A stretch of DNA of 63,910 bases, filler included, from Lenisia limosa (lineage: Eukaryota; Protista; Breviatea), in NCBI GenBank assembly GCA_001655205.1. It is 12 parts of 12 records of this genome, joined end to end, with 100 filler letters (N's around TTAATTAATTAA, not from the genome) between each part and the next. Parts side by side here need not be neighbours in the genome. Positions count along the whole stretch, not along the records: positions 19,743 to 31,819 come from LPNZ01011285.1; positions 31,920 to 40,254 come from LPNZ01006984.1; 10 more parts are not named here. One strand, 5' to 3'. Position 1 is the stretch's first letter; each line of letters starts with the position of its first letter. Below are positions 25,601-39,540 of the stretch, piece after piece. The position numbers and the translations under genes were made by a program. Below the pieces are notes generated by a model that worked only from the letters and a program-made list of their open reading frames with translations, did not search any database and was not told where the DNA came from.

Positions 25601-27400
25601 GGCAATTACGTCTTTGATCATTTTCAGGCAATTTTCATCAACAATCTTCCCAAGAGAGGCATCTGAATGGTCAAGACAGCAGGCGTTATCACTATTTTAG
25701 TTTTGTACTTGTGGGTTATAGTTTTGACNNNNNNNNNNNNNNNNNNNNNNNNNNNNNNNNNNNNNNNNNNNNNNNNNNNNNNNNNNNNNNNNNNNNNNNN
25801 NNNNNNNNNNNNNNNNNNNNNNACCTGGGGAGTAAGGCAACATATAGGCAGTGTGATGTTACTCATAAACAGAGCGAGGAGTTATTCACTTAGGGTTCAT
25901 GGAACCTGGATTTAAGGTGACATATTAATAACAGAATGAAAAAAAAAAAAAAAGCAAAGATATTACAATGTTGTGAAACGCAGAACTGTGCTGTGATATC
26001 CCCTCCCCCTACCAATAACAGTTGCTGCACCGCAGAGGGTTTAGACGTCAATGCGGCCACAGCCTCCTGAAACACAAATAGCGCGTTGGATGTGGCGTTG
26101 AGCGCGAGGATGTCAGGCAACACCGCGCCTGAAGGGGGGGGGGGGGGNNNNNNNNNNNNNNNNNNNNNNNNNNNNNNNNNNNNNNNNNNNNNNNNNNNNN
26201 NNNNNNNNNNNNNNNNNNNNNNNNNNNNNNNNNNNNNNNNNNNNNNNNNNNNNNNNNNNNNNNNNNNNNNNNNNNNNNNNNNNNNNNNNNNNNNNNNNNA
26301 TCTTGGCAGAATAGCGCCAGAAGCTTACATGTGGTTGTGAGTGATGAAAGAAGGGCAGTGAGCGAGGCAGCAACGAAGGACTGAAGGACGGCCTGAGGAA
26401 TGTCCCTAAAACTGTCAACACTCACCCAAGAGCTCATTAGAACTGTGAGGTATATCCAAAAACTATTAACGAATGTCAACCCTCAGCCCACAATTTTGCC
26501 ATTTCCGGGGGGTTCTTCAAAGATATAATTGCGTAATCAAGGCACGCGGCAGGGTTGGCGGCCAGAGCAAATGTGCATGTTGAGGTGGGGCCTACGTGGG
26601 TTAAAAATCAGCCTGGAGCTGGCTTAATACGAATTTCAAAGCAACAACTTAATTATACAATAATGCCCGACAAAATCATGCAGATGGGATGGCATTTTAT
26701 TGGGGGGAGGGGGAGGGGGATGAACTTTCTGCTCCGTACATACCATCTACAGTCACGCCAAAAATCTGATTAATCCGCGGTCTGAGAGGAGAGTCGCTTC
26801 CATCACCTGCGTGGTGAGCTACTATTATATGTATGATGCAGAGGTTAAAGCTGGCTAAATCAGTACACAGCATACAGCATCACGCTTAGATAGTTGTTGT
26901 AAGAGAAGATATAAAAGAGAGACGTTGAGCCTGTTTACGAAAATTAATCCAATTCTGTGCTTGATCTTTGACAATACCCCTTGTAATCAGAACCAATCAT
27001 CATTTCAGACTACCACAACAGAACAAACCTATCAATATGATTAATTCCAGAATTTGTTCATATTATTTTCAAACACCTTAAGAGTTTGTTCAGCCCAGAG
27101 ATTCTCCAACCATCCTCCATTAGTTAACATCTCCATCACCAACATCCGATTCATTCCCCTTATACCAGTGGTGATCGCTGAAGTCAATTGTGTTCGTAGG
27201 GTGAACCAAGCTTGAATTATCATAAAGAAAAAAATCATGATGGGATTATCAGAAAAAAAAGCAAAGAAGAAAAAACAACAACCCTCCAACTTTCAGAAAT
27301 AAGAAGCGGATCTGAAGACGAGGACTGCAGTGAGACCACTGGATCAAGCCTCATTGCCTCTGAATTAGTGGATTCTGATTTGGAACCAAAAGAGGCAACA
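22690..27400 (-). CDS. Large multi-exon helical-repeat-like protein, unknown function
   Basis: More than 10 AG/GT-bounded open exons on the minus strand (e.g. FRDIPQAVLQSFVAASLTALL, GAVLPDILALNATSNALFVFQEAV, ENDDIREELVETFTAALEWIKEG). No family recognised; may be more than one gene. Confidence 0.45.
23856..23950. repeat. Tandem repeat, 34-bp unit x~3
   Basis: GAGTGGTTGGAATGAAGGGCTGTAAGAGATGAGA repeated. Confidence 0.85.
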
Positions 27401-27801
27401 AAGAAGGTAAAGGCGGCCTATACCACAGCTTAGGAAAAATTTGCGGAAAGTTATAACTCAATATTCAACTTAACTACTGAATGAATGTATCTTTATTAAA
27501 TGGATTCGTAGCTGTTGCTGTTGCACCTAAGGCTTGCTCGCACGCGATTTGGTTTCAAATGTGAAAATGGATACAATAGACTCTATGAGGTTATATAATA
27601 TCACTTATTAATATATCTTGAAATATATAGACTATATTGATGACTCAAATTAAGAAAAGTCTTAAATTCCAGTCAAAGTTTTATCGATATTAAATTAGCT
27701 TCATTTGCGATGTTTGATTTTTGTTTTTTTTCCTGTTTCGTTGCTAATTAGTTGTTAATAATAGAGTTACTTTCCATTTATATATTTGGAAAGCTCTAAA
27801 G

Positions 27802-30800
27802 ATGTGGGAACCTGGAAACGTTTTTACTGTAGTCCAAAATGCAGACACTAGGGAATCAGCACAGAGCAAGGATGTGTTTAACAAATATATTTCAGGCCTC
27901 ACTATTGGTGACCAGTCCGTTTCTGATATTTTGAAGAGCTCTATTCCCGGCGATATTCAGATTCCCCTCGTTTTTGAGGATCTTCCAGATGTAAGAAGGC
28001 TACTGGGCTGAATAACTAACCATTATATTTCCTTTATTCCTCTAACCTTCCATCTCCCAGTCCCTTAAGGAGAGCCTTGAGAAGAACACACATGATACTA
28101 AGCATTTCTGGGAGACTATTCGTAAGAAACGGTTTTCTGACGTTTTGTTCTCCTCGTTGATGTACTTTCTGACCCTCCACTAGTGTCAGAACAGGCTGAA
28201 ACGGGCAAACCACCCCATATTGTACTCTCTTCTACATCAAGCCCTGTTCCCATGCGTTCTCTTGGAGTTTGTGGGAATTGAGAATGGGCTTGATCCTCTG
28301 TTTCTCCACCTCTCTTTTCACAGTCACTGTGAGTGGACAGGCAGTTTTAAGTAGACCTACAGCAAAATAACCATTTTCATTATTGTTTGTTGATCATGAG
28401 ATGACTATTCTCACAACCGTTATTCTGGGTACTAACGGTCTGATCTGACCCTCCAGGCTGACAACTTGAACCAGCTTGTCCATGTTTCTGGAATTGTTGT
28501 GTCCGTTTCGAAGCCAAGACCTAAGGTGGGGGCAGGGGTGGGTTTTGGATCATCGAATCTGGGTTACTTTATAACTCCAGTCAATTCTCGTTATTTTGTG
28601 AAACTCTAAACTTCTGGAATAGTCTTGGGTGAAAGGCAGGAGGGGGTCGGACACTTCTTAATTAGAAGAATTATGCAAACCTTTGGATATTTTGTCTCAA
28701 ATTCTAGGCCACAAACCTCTTCCTCAAATGCCGCTCCTGCAACGCTCAGGTGGGGGTGAAGATATATCGCAATTTGCTCAGGCTTTCATTAACCACTGAA
28801 CAATTCTAAATGCAGCTCTTACCACAAACCTGGTGAATATTACCGTTGTAATAGTGAAATTTTCTCTTCCATTGTTGAACCAGTTCTACTCTCCTTACCT
28901 CCTCAGATTGAAATGACCTGCCCTGCGGGTTTGGCTCAGATCCAGGTCCCAAGAAACTGCACGTCGTGGGTGGGGTCGTGGATATATTTGGGAAATAATA
29001 AATGATTGATGACACTGTGTATTATGTTGGGGGGGGGGGGTCCCCNNNNNNNNNNNNNNNNNNNNNNNNNNNNNNNNNNNNNNNNNNNNNNNNNNNNNNN
29101 NNNNNNNNNNNNNNNNNNNNTTAATCATATTCCATTGCGTGTCGTCATCTTGTTGATTTAACTTTTTCTGTTTGGGTTTTTAAGTTAAAGAACATCCATT
29201 CCTTCTCATGAAATCCTCATAATTCAAAGAATATACGCTCTTTGACTTATCTTTGTGACACTTTATTGTTTCAGTCTCAATAACATTAGTTTTTTATTTT
29301 ATTTGAAGGCCGCCTTTCACATCAACACAGAGTCCCCGAAGACAACCCCGGTCAAGACAAGAAGTGCCCCAATGACCCTTATGTCTACAGTCTCGATAAC
29401 TCGAGCTTCGTCAACTACCAGAGAGTAAGCTCACTGATTCTCAGTACGGGGCAATAAAATGGATTGTTCAAAAACATATTGGGATACAAAAAAGTATTTT
29501 TATATTGGCTGAAACACAAGAACGATCCTAAAGTTCTTTTCTTATCATCATATCAGAGTAGGGAACGAAACTGTATCTTTCATAAACATGTTGACAGTGT
29601 ACCAGCTTGCATACCAATAATCACAGTATAGCAACTGCATATCCTGACTTCTTTGATCAAACATCGAATGCCATCAACCAACAACATCTCTAACCGGAAC
29701 AGATCAAGCTCCAGGAGTTGCCCGAGGATGTGCCGACTGGAGAAGTCCCGCGCCACACCACGCTGTACGTTGACAGGACCCATGTCGAGGTGTTCAAGCC
29801 TGGTGGGTGGAGGAGTTTGCTGATAACAGGACCGTTTTCATTCGTTTTTACGGCTTTCTAACATTGTTTAGGAGAAAGGATTTCGACATTTGCTGTATTT
29901 GCCTCCAGTACCCCCCAGGCTGGAGGCTCGATTGCCGACTCTCCCCCCTACCTCCACGTCCTGGCTATCAAGGTGGCTTGGCTAATAATGAAGACTTGAT
30001 CTTTTGATCTTCATAATTACAAGATATTTTGCCCTTGGGGAGAGGGGGGGGGGGGNNNNNNNNNNNNNNNNNNNNNNNNNNNNNNNNNNNNNNNNNNNNN
30101 NNNNNNNNNNNNNNNNNNNNNNNNNNNNNNNNNNNNNNNNNNTCTCAGAGCGCCAACAAGGCCACTACAGAGAAATGGCGGCGCGAACGGATATCCAGGT
30201 GGGCGGCTGTAGTTCAGTAATAGGAAGGCTTAGAATCATGGAAATTTGGAAGTTGAATACACAAAACTCTTGAAATGAACAGATCAGGACTGTGCTATTG
30301 TACTTCTTTCAGCCTTGTGTTTTTTTGTAGGTAGTTATCCCTTTAGGAGCTTCTTGCCGCGAACGTTTGCCCCTCTATCACTGGAAACGAAGGTATGCAA
30401 TTAGCCAAAAAAACTCGTTTCTTTAAGAAATTGACACATCTTGCTTTGAGCAGTTCTGATGCTTCTATTCAGCGCCTTATCGGGGTTTGATCTTTCAAAT
30501 TATCGTGTGTTATTGTCGCGTTACTCAAATCTAAATTTGAGTAACTCGTCGTTTTATTTTTGATACCCTACCCCCATGTGCAAACTCTTGATTTATGAGT
30601 CTGACTGTTAAGATATTAAGAAGGCTATCCTCTGCCAGATGTTTGGCGGAACCAGCAAGAACCTTCATGGAGGCCTCAGGTGGGAGGGCAGTTTGCGTCT
30701 CTAAGGAAAACAAACATACGTAAATATATGTATGTACTGTGTACGTATTAGAGTCCAAGGTCTTATAAATAACCCCATAAGACGAGAAGGTTGTCCCAAT

Positions 30801-31777
30801 CTTTTCTAAATGGGTCGTCCGTTTTTAGCTGTAATGATGGTGAAATGCTGCAAAATGAGGCGGATATTCCAGATATATGGAAGCGACGAAGCATTCTTTG
30901 AATCTTCGGTTCACATACCGTATTCAAATCATATACATTAAAGTTAGATAGCCCAACACCCTTGATACTATAGGCTTCGAGGCGATATTAACATTCTGCT
31001 TGTCGGTGACCCTGGTACTGCCAAATCCCAGTTCCTGAAATACGTGGAGAAGGTGGGGGGTAGATTAGGGTTCATAAAATGCAAGTTTATCTGTAATAAT
31101 CTTCCAATCTATCTCGCTATTCTTTTAATGACTGGACCCCTCACATACGCTGGAGTGATGGGATTCGATGCTGCAGAAGCGACCGGCCTGAGCTTTGTTG
31201 TTATCAACCCTTGTGTGTTNNNNNNNNNNNNNNNNNNNNNNNNNNNNNNNNNNNNNNNNNNNNNNNNNNNNNNNNNNNNNNNNNNNNNNNNNNNNNNNNN
31301 NNNNNNNNNNNNNNNNNNNNNNNNNNNNNNNNNNNNNNNNNNNNNNNCCGTGGGGGGGGGGGGTATCTGCATATTTTACGCGGTACATAAAGCAGTCTCT
31401 TACCTTGACTTTCTTCTCATACTGCAGAATCTGGAGAGTTCTACCTTGAGGGAGGAGCAATGGTTCTTGCGGACGGCGGCGTGGTGTGTGTTGATGGTGG
31501 GAAGGGGGTCTGATTATCCTCTAAGTAGGGCTTCCCTACGGTCCCAAAAAAAGACGGATTTTCTCGAGAAATCCGATAAATATCAATATTTTACCGGGTT
31601 TTGGACCGTAGGTAACCTTTAAGCCCTATTCTAATGCACCCTTTTTCATAGATGCTAACTTTGATTTGGATTTTTTTTTTTGTTTCATAAATTATCCAAT
31701 TTCACCCCTCACCCTCAGAGTTTGATAAAATGCGTGAACAGGATCGAGTGGCTATCCATGAGGCTATGGAGCAGCAG
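27802..31777 (+). CDS. MCM5: DNA replication licensing factor MCM5, 3' partial
   Basis: Exons encode [83 protein letters not shown]|[20 protein letters not shown] (MCM5-type). All readable introns are GT-AG. Truncated at the scaffold end. Confidence 0.9.
31150..31219 (+). repeat. Family B repeat in an MCM5 intron (cut by a gap)
   Basis: GTGATGGGATTCGATGCTGCAGAAGCGACCGGCCTGAGCTTTGTTGTTATCAACCCTTGTGTGTT. Confidence 0.8.
31660..31718 (+). repeat. Degenerate family B 3' end forming an MCM5 acceptor
   Basis: TTGATTTGGATTTTT...GTTTCATAAATTATCCAATTTCACCCC...CAG followed by the exon (E)FDKMRE. Confidence 0.7.
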
Positions 31778-31919
31778 GTATGGGAGGAGGCTATGGAGCA
31801 GCAGGTATGGGAGGAGGCTNNNNNNNNNNNNNNNNNNNNNNNNNNNNNNNNNNNNNNNNNNNNTTAATTAATTAANNNNNNNNNNNNNNNNNNNNNNNNN
31901 NNNNNNNNNNNNNNNNNNN

Positions 31920-32065
31920 GGAGAGGGGGGCTGGGGGAGTGAAATTGGAAACTTTATAAAATAAACAGAGCCAAAATCAACTCTGGTGGCTAGAAACACA
32001 CGAGGGTTGATAATAACGAAACAAATGCCAGGTCAGTCGCTTCTACAGCACCGCATCACTCCAGC
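31920..32065 (-). repeat. Family B repeat, near full length
   Basis: Reverse complement matches the consensus from GGAGTGATGCGGTGCTGTAGAAGCGACTG to CCAATTTCACTCCCCC. Confidence 0.8.
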
Positions 32066-33074
32066 GGACGTGAAAATGGAAAACTGAACGAAACAGATAA
32101 ACCAGAAAAAAACCATCAAACATCGCCATCAACCCCCCCCCCCCNNNNNNNNNNNNNNNNNNNNNNNNNNNNNNNNNNNNNNNNNNNNNNNNNNNNNNNN
32201 NNNNNNNNNNNNNNNNNNNNNNNNNNNNNNNNNNNNNNNNNNNNNNNAAAACCATCAGTTGTGAAAAAGGATGTGGGGGAGGGAAATTGTGACGGTGATG
32301 AAGGGGGAAGGAGAGATACCTATGGTATATGTACATAAACTAATCGCGATAAGTCTTGACACGGATAATGAGATTTATCTTTAGTCAATCATGTAAGGAC
32401 TTATCACAGTCACTGTATATATATACTAAATTTCATTGAATTAGCTGAGTAATAGTGGCTGAACAGTGAAAGAGAAGAAACTCCAAAGCCAGTATATGGA
32501 AGGAGGGAAAATTAACAGTATCAAACAAAAGCCGTCCATATCACGTTGATGATCAAAAGCAATTTTTATTATTCTCAGAGCAGAATTCCCAAAACGATTA
32601 GAGCTATAGATACATGTAAATATATTTCCGCACCACCACGCTTTGAGGAAATTTTGGATTAGAGTATAACTAATCCCAATTTATTGTCTTATAATTCGGC
32701 TTACACAGCTTTCTACTTGCCTCCCCAAAAATTAAGAAATACTTCACCATATACAACCAAAGCTTTCCATTATGTTAATAAACGGTATTACCGATATGAA
32801 GGTAATACTTGTCGCAAAGATTAACTGAGAACTTTCAGTATCCACATTTCACCTACATATGAAACAACACATGTGATATAACATTGTATCTTAACCCCCC
32901 CCCCTCATTCATAAATCCCCCAATATCATTTCAATTAGCCTCATTTGGCACCTTCTCTGGTATCAAAGTCATCGAACTCGTTTCGTTCCACACACTACTC
33001 AAAAAAAACAGTTTATCTCAACTCTCTTAAAACATTTCCGAAAATGGTCCTTAGCTGGCTTAAACACCCTCAAA

Positions 33075-33231
33075 CCGGTGGAGCAAACGCGGGGGGAGGC
33101 ATCTGTTGCATCTGCTGGTGTTGTTGGATTTGGTGGAGCTGCGCTTGGACAGCGGGAGCTTGACGGGGGGCAATGGGCTGGTACGGCACTGTTCCGCCTC
33201 CAGTCACGGCATTATTGCCCTTCTTGGCCAT
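33075..33231 (-). CDS. Gln/Pro-rich first exon of an unknown gene
   Basis: MAKKGNNAVTGGGTVPYQPIAPRQAPAVQAQLHQIQQHQQMQQMPPPAFAPP followed by a GTTTG donor. Confidence 0.45.
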
Positions 33232-34019
33232 TGTTGGCTTAAACAAGCCTGGAAGAAGTGAAGAAGGAAAAAAGTTACTCTCCTTTTGAAGGAATCGTAT
33301 ATCAAAGCAGCTAGAATCAATAGTATGGCACAGTTCAATGTGATAACCGCCTACAAACTGCAAAACTGGGCTATATGACGCTGAGTGTAGGACTAATACG
33401 ACTTTCGCAATTTGTTTCTCTTAAATTGCACCAATTTTTGGCTTTCTACTGCCAAAAAACAACACTAAAAACCACAGCTTGAAAAAAGAGCTCAAATTTG
33501 AAAAGTTTGGATTTTATGCAAACGTACGTGGGGGAGTAGACAATCACATTAACAACTGAAAGGAATTGTGAGCAATGTTCGAGCTCTCTTACAAAACCAT
33601 AATCTCCATACACACACGTAAACTTGAAGCACACCCGGCTACTTGCCTTACACAGCTGGTGGGGGGGGGGGGCTTNNNNNNNNNNNNNNNNNNNNNNNNN
33701 NNNNNNNNNNNNNNNNNNNNNNNNNNNNNNNNNNNNNNNNNTGCGTGTTTCTCCAGTATATGTAATTTGTGTATGTGGCTTGTGGCAATATGATATATTA
33801 GTTCGCATATTAGTTAACATGTTAGTATAGGCAATATTTGAAGTGATATTCAGAGTTCCACACTGATGTTGGATTTTTGTAATATTAATTCACCAATATG
33901 TTGCCTCATAACTCCATAGGCGGGTATAGATTAGTAATGTAATATCTCATTGATTTCGGGCTTTTTTTCTTTTGTTTCATAAATGCCCCAATTTACCCCG
34001 AACATAATCCTGTTCAGGT

Positions 34020-35123
34020 AGAAAATGAGGGTGGTGGAGAGCCTCCTCGCAGTCAATGAGGCCTCACCCAATGGCAGGTACAACCTCAAAACGGTGCTGA
34101 AAGTGTTCTGGGAGGTGGGAGGGGGAGTTAAGCCGACTGTTTCAAATACAAAGCTTCTTTTTGCATTTTAAACAGCCTGAGATAAGAATGTTACTCTCTA
34201 GCTATGTGACCTTGGAATGCTTGTAACGATTATGTTGACCAATCTCATGACCTTCGTATTTCGGTCTGTTATGGGGGGAGCGTCTATATGTTAAGAAAGG
34301 AATGAAGAACTTTTGGGTGAGGGACTTGAATGATTTTTAGGGGGATTTGACTGTAGTCTATAAGCAAGTCTCCACTGGTAACCGATACGTAGTGAGGATT
34401 TATTGAGAAATTCAGCCTTTTTGTCGAAATGAAGTAAGCCCTATTTCTTACACTTCAGCTATTATGACAAAGGCACAAGTCTACCATCGTTTATGGTTGG
34501 TGTTCATAGCACATACTGTGCATACATCATATACATACAGTGACCAGGATAAGTCTTGACCGATTTGCTATGTGATTTCCCTGAAAAAAAATCGGTCAAG
34601 ACTCATCCCGGTCACTGTTTATGTATGTAATTGCAGTTTATACTTGAGCCTCCCTTTTGTTTCTAAATAAACGTAGTTATCAAATATTAAACCTGACTGA
34701 TTCATCTTCATTACTCTACCTTAGATTTTGACTGCTCTTGTTTTCCCCCTTACGTTCACAATTAGCCAAGCATTTAGCCGGTAGGATTGGGGTTTGCTTT
34801 TGACAAGTTCCTTCGGTACAAAATGTAAACATAAAATTGGGGAAATGTTTCTTTTTGGTTGAGTGTTCATGGTAAATTTGATTTAAAACGTTTATTCGGA
34901 GGTATGATATCAATACTCAAAGTTTTTTCGGAGAGGTAAATCAATACTAAACGTGTAGCCGAGAGGTAGCGCTGCAACACCTTGCCGAAGTCAAGTCCAG
35001 CATCACAATGCTCTACCTCACTATTCGTGACCATCTTCCTGGTAAGCTATTGTAATCCAATATCTCCTATAATCGTGATTGCGTGGACAGCTTCGGCCAT
35101 ATAAATTCTTGTTTTGTTTCCCA

Positions 35124-35161
<38 letters not shown>

Positions 35162-38100
35162 GCTGTTTGTCGAATAAAATATAGTTTACTATCTAATTAT
35201 ACATAATATATTATGTAATTTATATTTATCTAGTATATACATATATACTACCTAGATATGCTATATTATTTGTTTCAATAGAGGCATTACTGTAAAAACT
35301 ACATTGACAATTAAGAGAAGCACAACCGTGATTGGGCTGCGGAACACCTTTTTGCTACATTATTTGAGCTTTGTGATCAAATGAAAAGCTATCTTGTCAC
35401 AAGAGTTTGGGGGTTGTATTCTTGATGCACATTTTCTGTTATTAGTGAATAATACAATCTATGGTAAAGTATAAAATGACACAATCTACTTGCATTATCA
35501 TACAATATGATGGAAAATCCTTATTATTTGCGGATTCTAACAAACGAAAATTGTGTCTTGAGGATATCCGCAATAGCTTTCTACGAACACGATTATAAAT
35601 GAAACACATCATAAACCCACTCGTTGATAGCTATGATTTTGTCATCCTATTAACGATTGCAGACTCCAAAACGGCAGAGTAACTTGAAACAGTATTTTGT
35701 GATTCACGAGAAGATTTCGTCGTTACAAAGATTGTATGCTGGATGCAAAATGATTCACCCCTTATTTTATATTTCACATTTCTACATATTCTAGGGCAAC
35801 TCCTTTGCTTACACTTGAGGTGGCATGCTTGTGACCCAGGGCCGAACAAGGCTACTCCATGGGCTTCTTTAGCCGGACGTTGTCTCCAGTTTCAGTATAA
35901 TATCCTCAGGGTGGGTGCATAGCTTCACGCAGGTCCCACAAAGACCAGTAAAATATCGATATTTAATTTTGATTGAGGCTATTTTTTAAAAACAAGACAT
36001 AATATGCAATAAATACATAGGGATAAGCTTGTGTTGCAACTGATAGTTCAGGCGTTTGAAGGACTTCGTATTGTGAGGGAATACAGGACCCCCTTGGCAC
36101 TAAGGTAAATCGGATACGTCCATTGTGTTCCGTCCCTCACTCATGAGGAAGTGAGTTTTTATCATAACTCGTGTAAAAGAATGTTTCTGTGGAGCTTGAG
36201 ATAGATTTATTTAATATCACACTCGGTTATAATAACAAGATATCTTTTATGGAGACAACAGTTTTTTCTCTCCAGTTATGACAATTTATCCCTTTCTATC
36301 CAGTTCTGACGTTTTAGGTCTTTCCTCTACGTCATGACATTTATGTGAGCGGAACCCCAGTATTTAAAGAATGGGATATGGGTTGGGCTTCACTTCGGTC
36401 GAAAAAAGACTGAATTTCTGGATATCCTCGAACACTATCGATATTATACAGGTCTTTCTCGAACAGAAGTGAAGCCCTAGATATGAGTCGGGCTTCACCC
36501 CAGTCTGAAAAAGATCGCTGATATGAAGATATTTTTTAAAAGATCGAGAATTTAGTCTTGTTTTTGAATGGACGTGAAGACCCAAAAATAAGTGTAGACA
36601 AACCATATCAGTAGCTGCATATTCTGGCGGTTCTAAGTACTAAATTTGATACCAAGTAGCTGGTGAAATACTAAAAGAATATTTTTTTTTAGGATTAGGT
36701 GTTTTGGAGGTGATGATAGATGGACAAATTATTAGAGTAAGTTCCCCTTTCTATTTCTTTTTTAATATGGTTTCTGTTGCTTCGGAATCTTTCTTTTTTA
36801 CACTGATAGTCTTTATCGACACTTTCGTCGTTTANNNNNNNNNNNNNNNNNNNNNNNNNNNNNNNNNNNNNNNNNNNNNNNNNNNNNNNNNNNNNNNNNN
36901 NNNNNGTACTATGCTGGGCATTCCATGGCGACTTTTTTTGCCGTCATTATCCTGGCGCTTTTCAACGTTCAAACCGCTCTTGAGGTGATTTGTTTTGGTC
37001 GTGGTAATGTCATCAAAAAGAACGTTAATAGAATACACAAACCGTGGTAAATTTTGGACAGTTTTTGTGAAGAGAATTCTCATTTGTTGATCAAGACTTT
37101 AAGAACATGGTCTGTGAACAAGGCATTCGAAATTACACATTTTTGTTTTGAATATACCAGGGATAAGGGGAGCGTTCTTTGACATTCACGTCATATCATA
37201 TTCATTCTTTTCATATCCCTGCTAACCATCACATATATCCTCATTTTAAACCGACTATGATACCATTCATCACCCCTTCAATCATCAGTGTGTTTACCCC
37301 TTCAATTATCAGGATATTCCCAAAAAAACCCGATTCTCTCAATAAATCCTTGATAAATATCGATATTTAAACAGTCATTTTCGTAGAGAAGCCCTATCAA
37401 TATGTTTACTCCTTCAATCGTCAGTGTGTTCACCTCGAACAGGACCCCTTTGATGATATGGGTGCCGACGATGTGGACCTAGATCTGTTCCCTCAATTCG
37501 GGGCCTTTCTGTCTAAAGGCACTTTTGCTTTTGACGGACTTCTGGGCTCTCCTGACTTCATTGCCAAGTCATATCTACATGATGAGGTAAATTTTATCGG
37601 GTGTCTTGTGCATATGGCAAAAAATAACATTGTGTAATACCGATATCTCGGATAGAACCTTGTTTTATTTCTTATACATAGTATGGCATAGTATCTTGTT
37701 ATTATGAAGCTGTGTATTAAACTATCAATGAAATCATATTTATATGCAGGATGACAGAATCACAGCTCTTCTACCTTTGGCTACATTGTTGGCATTTATC
37801 TGTATAAGAAATATGGATACACTGACTGACCGCGATAAGTCCTGACACAATTGACTAAAGATAAAGCTTACTTACTATATGTGCCAGGACTTACCGCATT
37901 TAATAGAATACACATAACTAACACATTATTGAGTATTTAATGGAGCAGGTTGAGAACCATGATGAAGATGATACGACTGATGAGCCTCCAAAAGCTCCAA
38001 TCGACTCCTCAAGCGGCCCACTTTCTTCAATGGGCGAAGCTGCTGGTGACCAAAATGATGAACAGCAGTTTAAATCAGCAGTTCATTCCGAGATATCCCC

Positions 38101-39540
38101 ATTTGGCCAAACTGAACATCTGCAATCAACCGAAGCAAACCAGATTTCACCACCCCACGCTTCCCACTCCGCCCCGTCAACCCCTCTTGATCCTCTCAAA
38201 CGAAGACAACTCGGTACCCCGACGTATGCCTGGTTTTTATTATCTTATTTTCAAATACTATCACGAGAACGTAATAAACTTCTATCATTGCTGATGAAGA
38301 ATGATGAAATGTGATGTTGAGTTGAGTTTTTGGTTAATCTTCTAATTGTTTCAGATCTTCTAGGACCCCCAAACTAGATCCCATTTATGCAACTCCATCA
38401 AAGTTCACTACCACACTGTCTCAGGTGTGAACTGTTTTGTAGTATTATTATTATTGATACTAATAATTTTATATTAAAAAAATATTGTAACATTGGTATG
38501 GGACGCGGGAATACTGACTCAGCATAATATAGATCAACAGTTCTCATTTTGCTTCTTACTACATGTATCTGGCTAGTGCTTCACTTCGGTCCAAAACAAA
38601 TCGATAAATCTTCGATAAATGGGCTTTACTTCTGTACGAAATAAACCTGTGATACATTGATATTCATTGAGGATTGATCGAAATATTTAGCCTTTTTAGG
38701 GAACGAAAAGAAGCCCTAGTCTTTTCTTTACCCTCAAGGTGGACGGGTCAGACCGACGAGCCACAAAAGTACCGCCGTCTCGACTGAGTAAAACCGACTC
38801 CCAAATGCGACCTTCCAAAATGGGACACTCTCGTTTGGACTATCAATTAGGTATGTTTTGCGGATGTTGACGGATTCAGCTAGATGCATCCTTGTTTTTT
38901 TTTCCCACTCTATTACCGTGAAAGTTCTTCCCTGACAGCTCCAGAACCCTCCAGAACGTCTGTTTCAAGTCTTCAGCTGAATAGACCCGCTCGAACCAGT
39001 GCAGCAAGTGAGCAGGCTACTGACCTGGGCTTTGTTCCAATTCAACACCCCTCCCCCCATCTACTAACTTCTGTTGGTCGCTACCAGGCACGCACACCAG
39101 TCACCCCAGCCCGACCTAGTGTACTAAGCACGGATATCCGAACGCCAGATCCGAGATCGAAGGTCTGCGTGGTCTTCACCAGGGCGCATGGACTTGTGAT
39201 CCTTGTAGAATTTGGCAATCCCATAAATTTCTTCAAATTTCCATAAAATTCCATGTGTTTTGAGAGGATCACCCTCTTCCAATGCATGCATGCTTGTGGT
39301 GTACTTGAGACATAATCGATATTTTATTGTATATTATTGTATACAAATGTGTTCTCTCATTCCGTTTTCTCTTAATTAATTAGCTGAAGAATTCTAATAT
39401 TTATTGGTATTTGTTTGAGAAATAGTCATTTTTTTACACTTTCAGCCGAGCGGAGAATATCGAGTGACCCGACACAGCTCTTCAGGAAGTGACTTGGGTG
39501 TGGCCAGTCCTGGGCAGCCCTGGGGGCGACCTGGTGATGA
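34020..39540 (+). CDS. Bestrophin-like (UPF0187-type) membrane protein with a long Ser/Pro-rich C-terminal tail
   Basis: Exons REVALQHLAEVKSSITMLYL, AFEGLRIVREYRTPLALR and FFAVIILALFNVQTALE|DPFDDMGADDVDLD (phase-0 join gives the LEDPF..DD motif), then low-complexity S/P/T-rich exons. The 5' end is uncertain. Confidence 0.6.
34538..34617. mobile_element. Tc1/mariner-like MITE
   Basis: Terminal inverted repeat CAGTGACC(A/G)GGAT(A/G)AGTCTTGACCGATTT, preceded by TA. Confidence 0.75.
35124..35160. repeat. (TC)n microsatellite
   Basis: Direct observation. Confidence 0.9.
36383..36479. mobile_element. hAT-like MITE (~100 bp) with 8-bp target-site duplication
   Basis: TIR T(A/T)GGGCTTCACTTCGGT...GAAGTGAAGCCCTA flanked by GATATGGG / GATATGAG. 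Other copies near 15666, 24899, 31546, 36490, 38576, 42046, 43057, 51751, 52268, 55089 and 59343. Confidence 0.8.

Noticed and set aside
33000-33075. CHCH-like continuation of the Gln/Pro-rich exon
   Set aside because: It needs a 17-nt intron and lacks the twin CX9C pattern.
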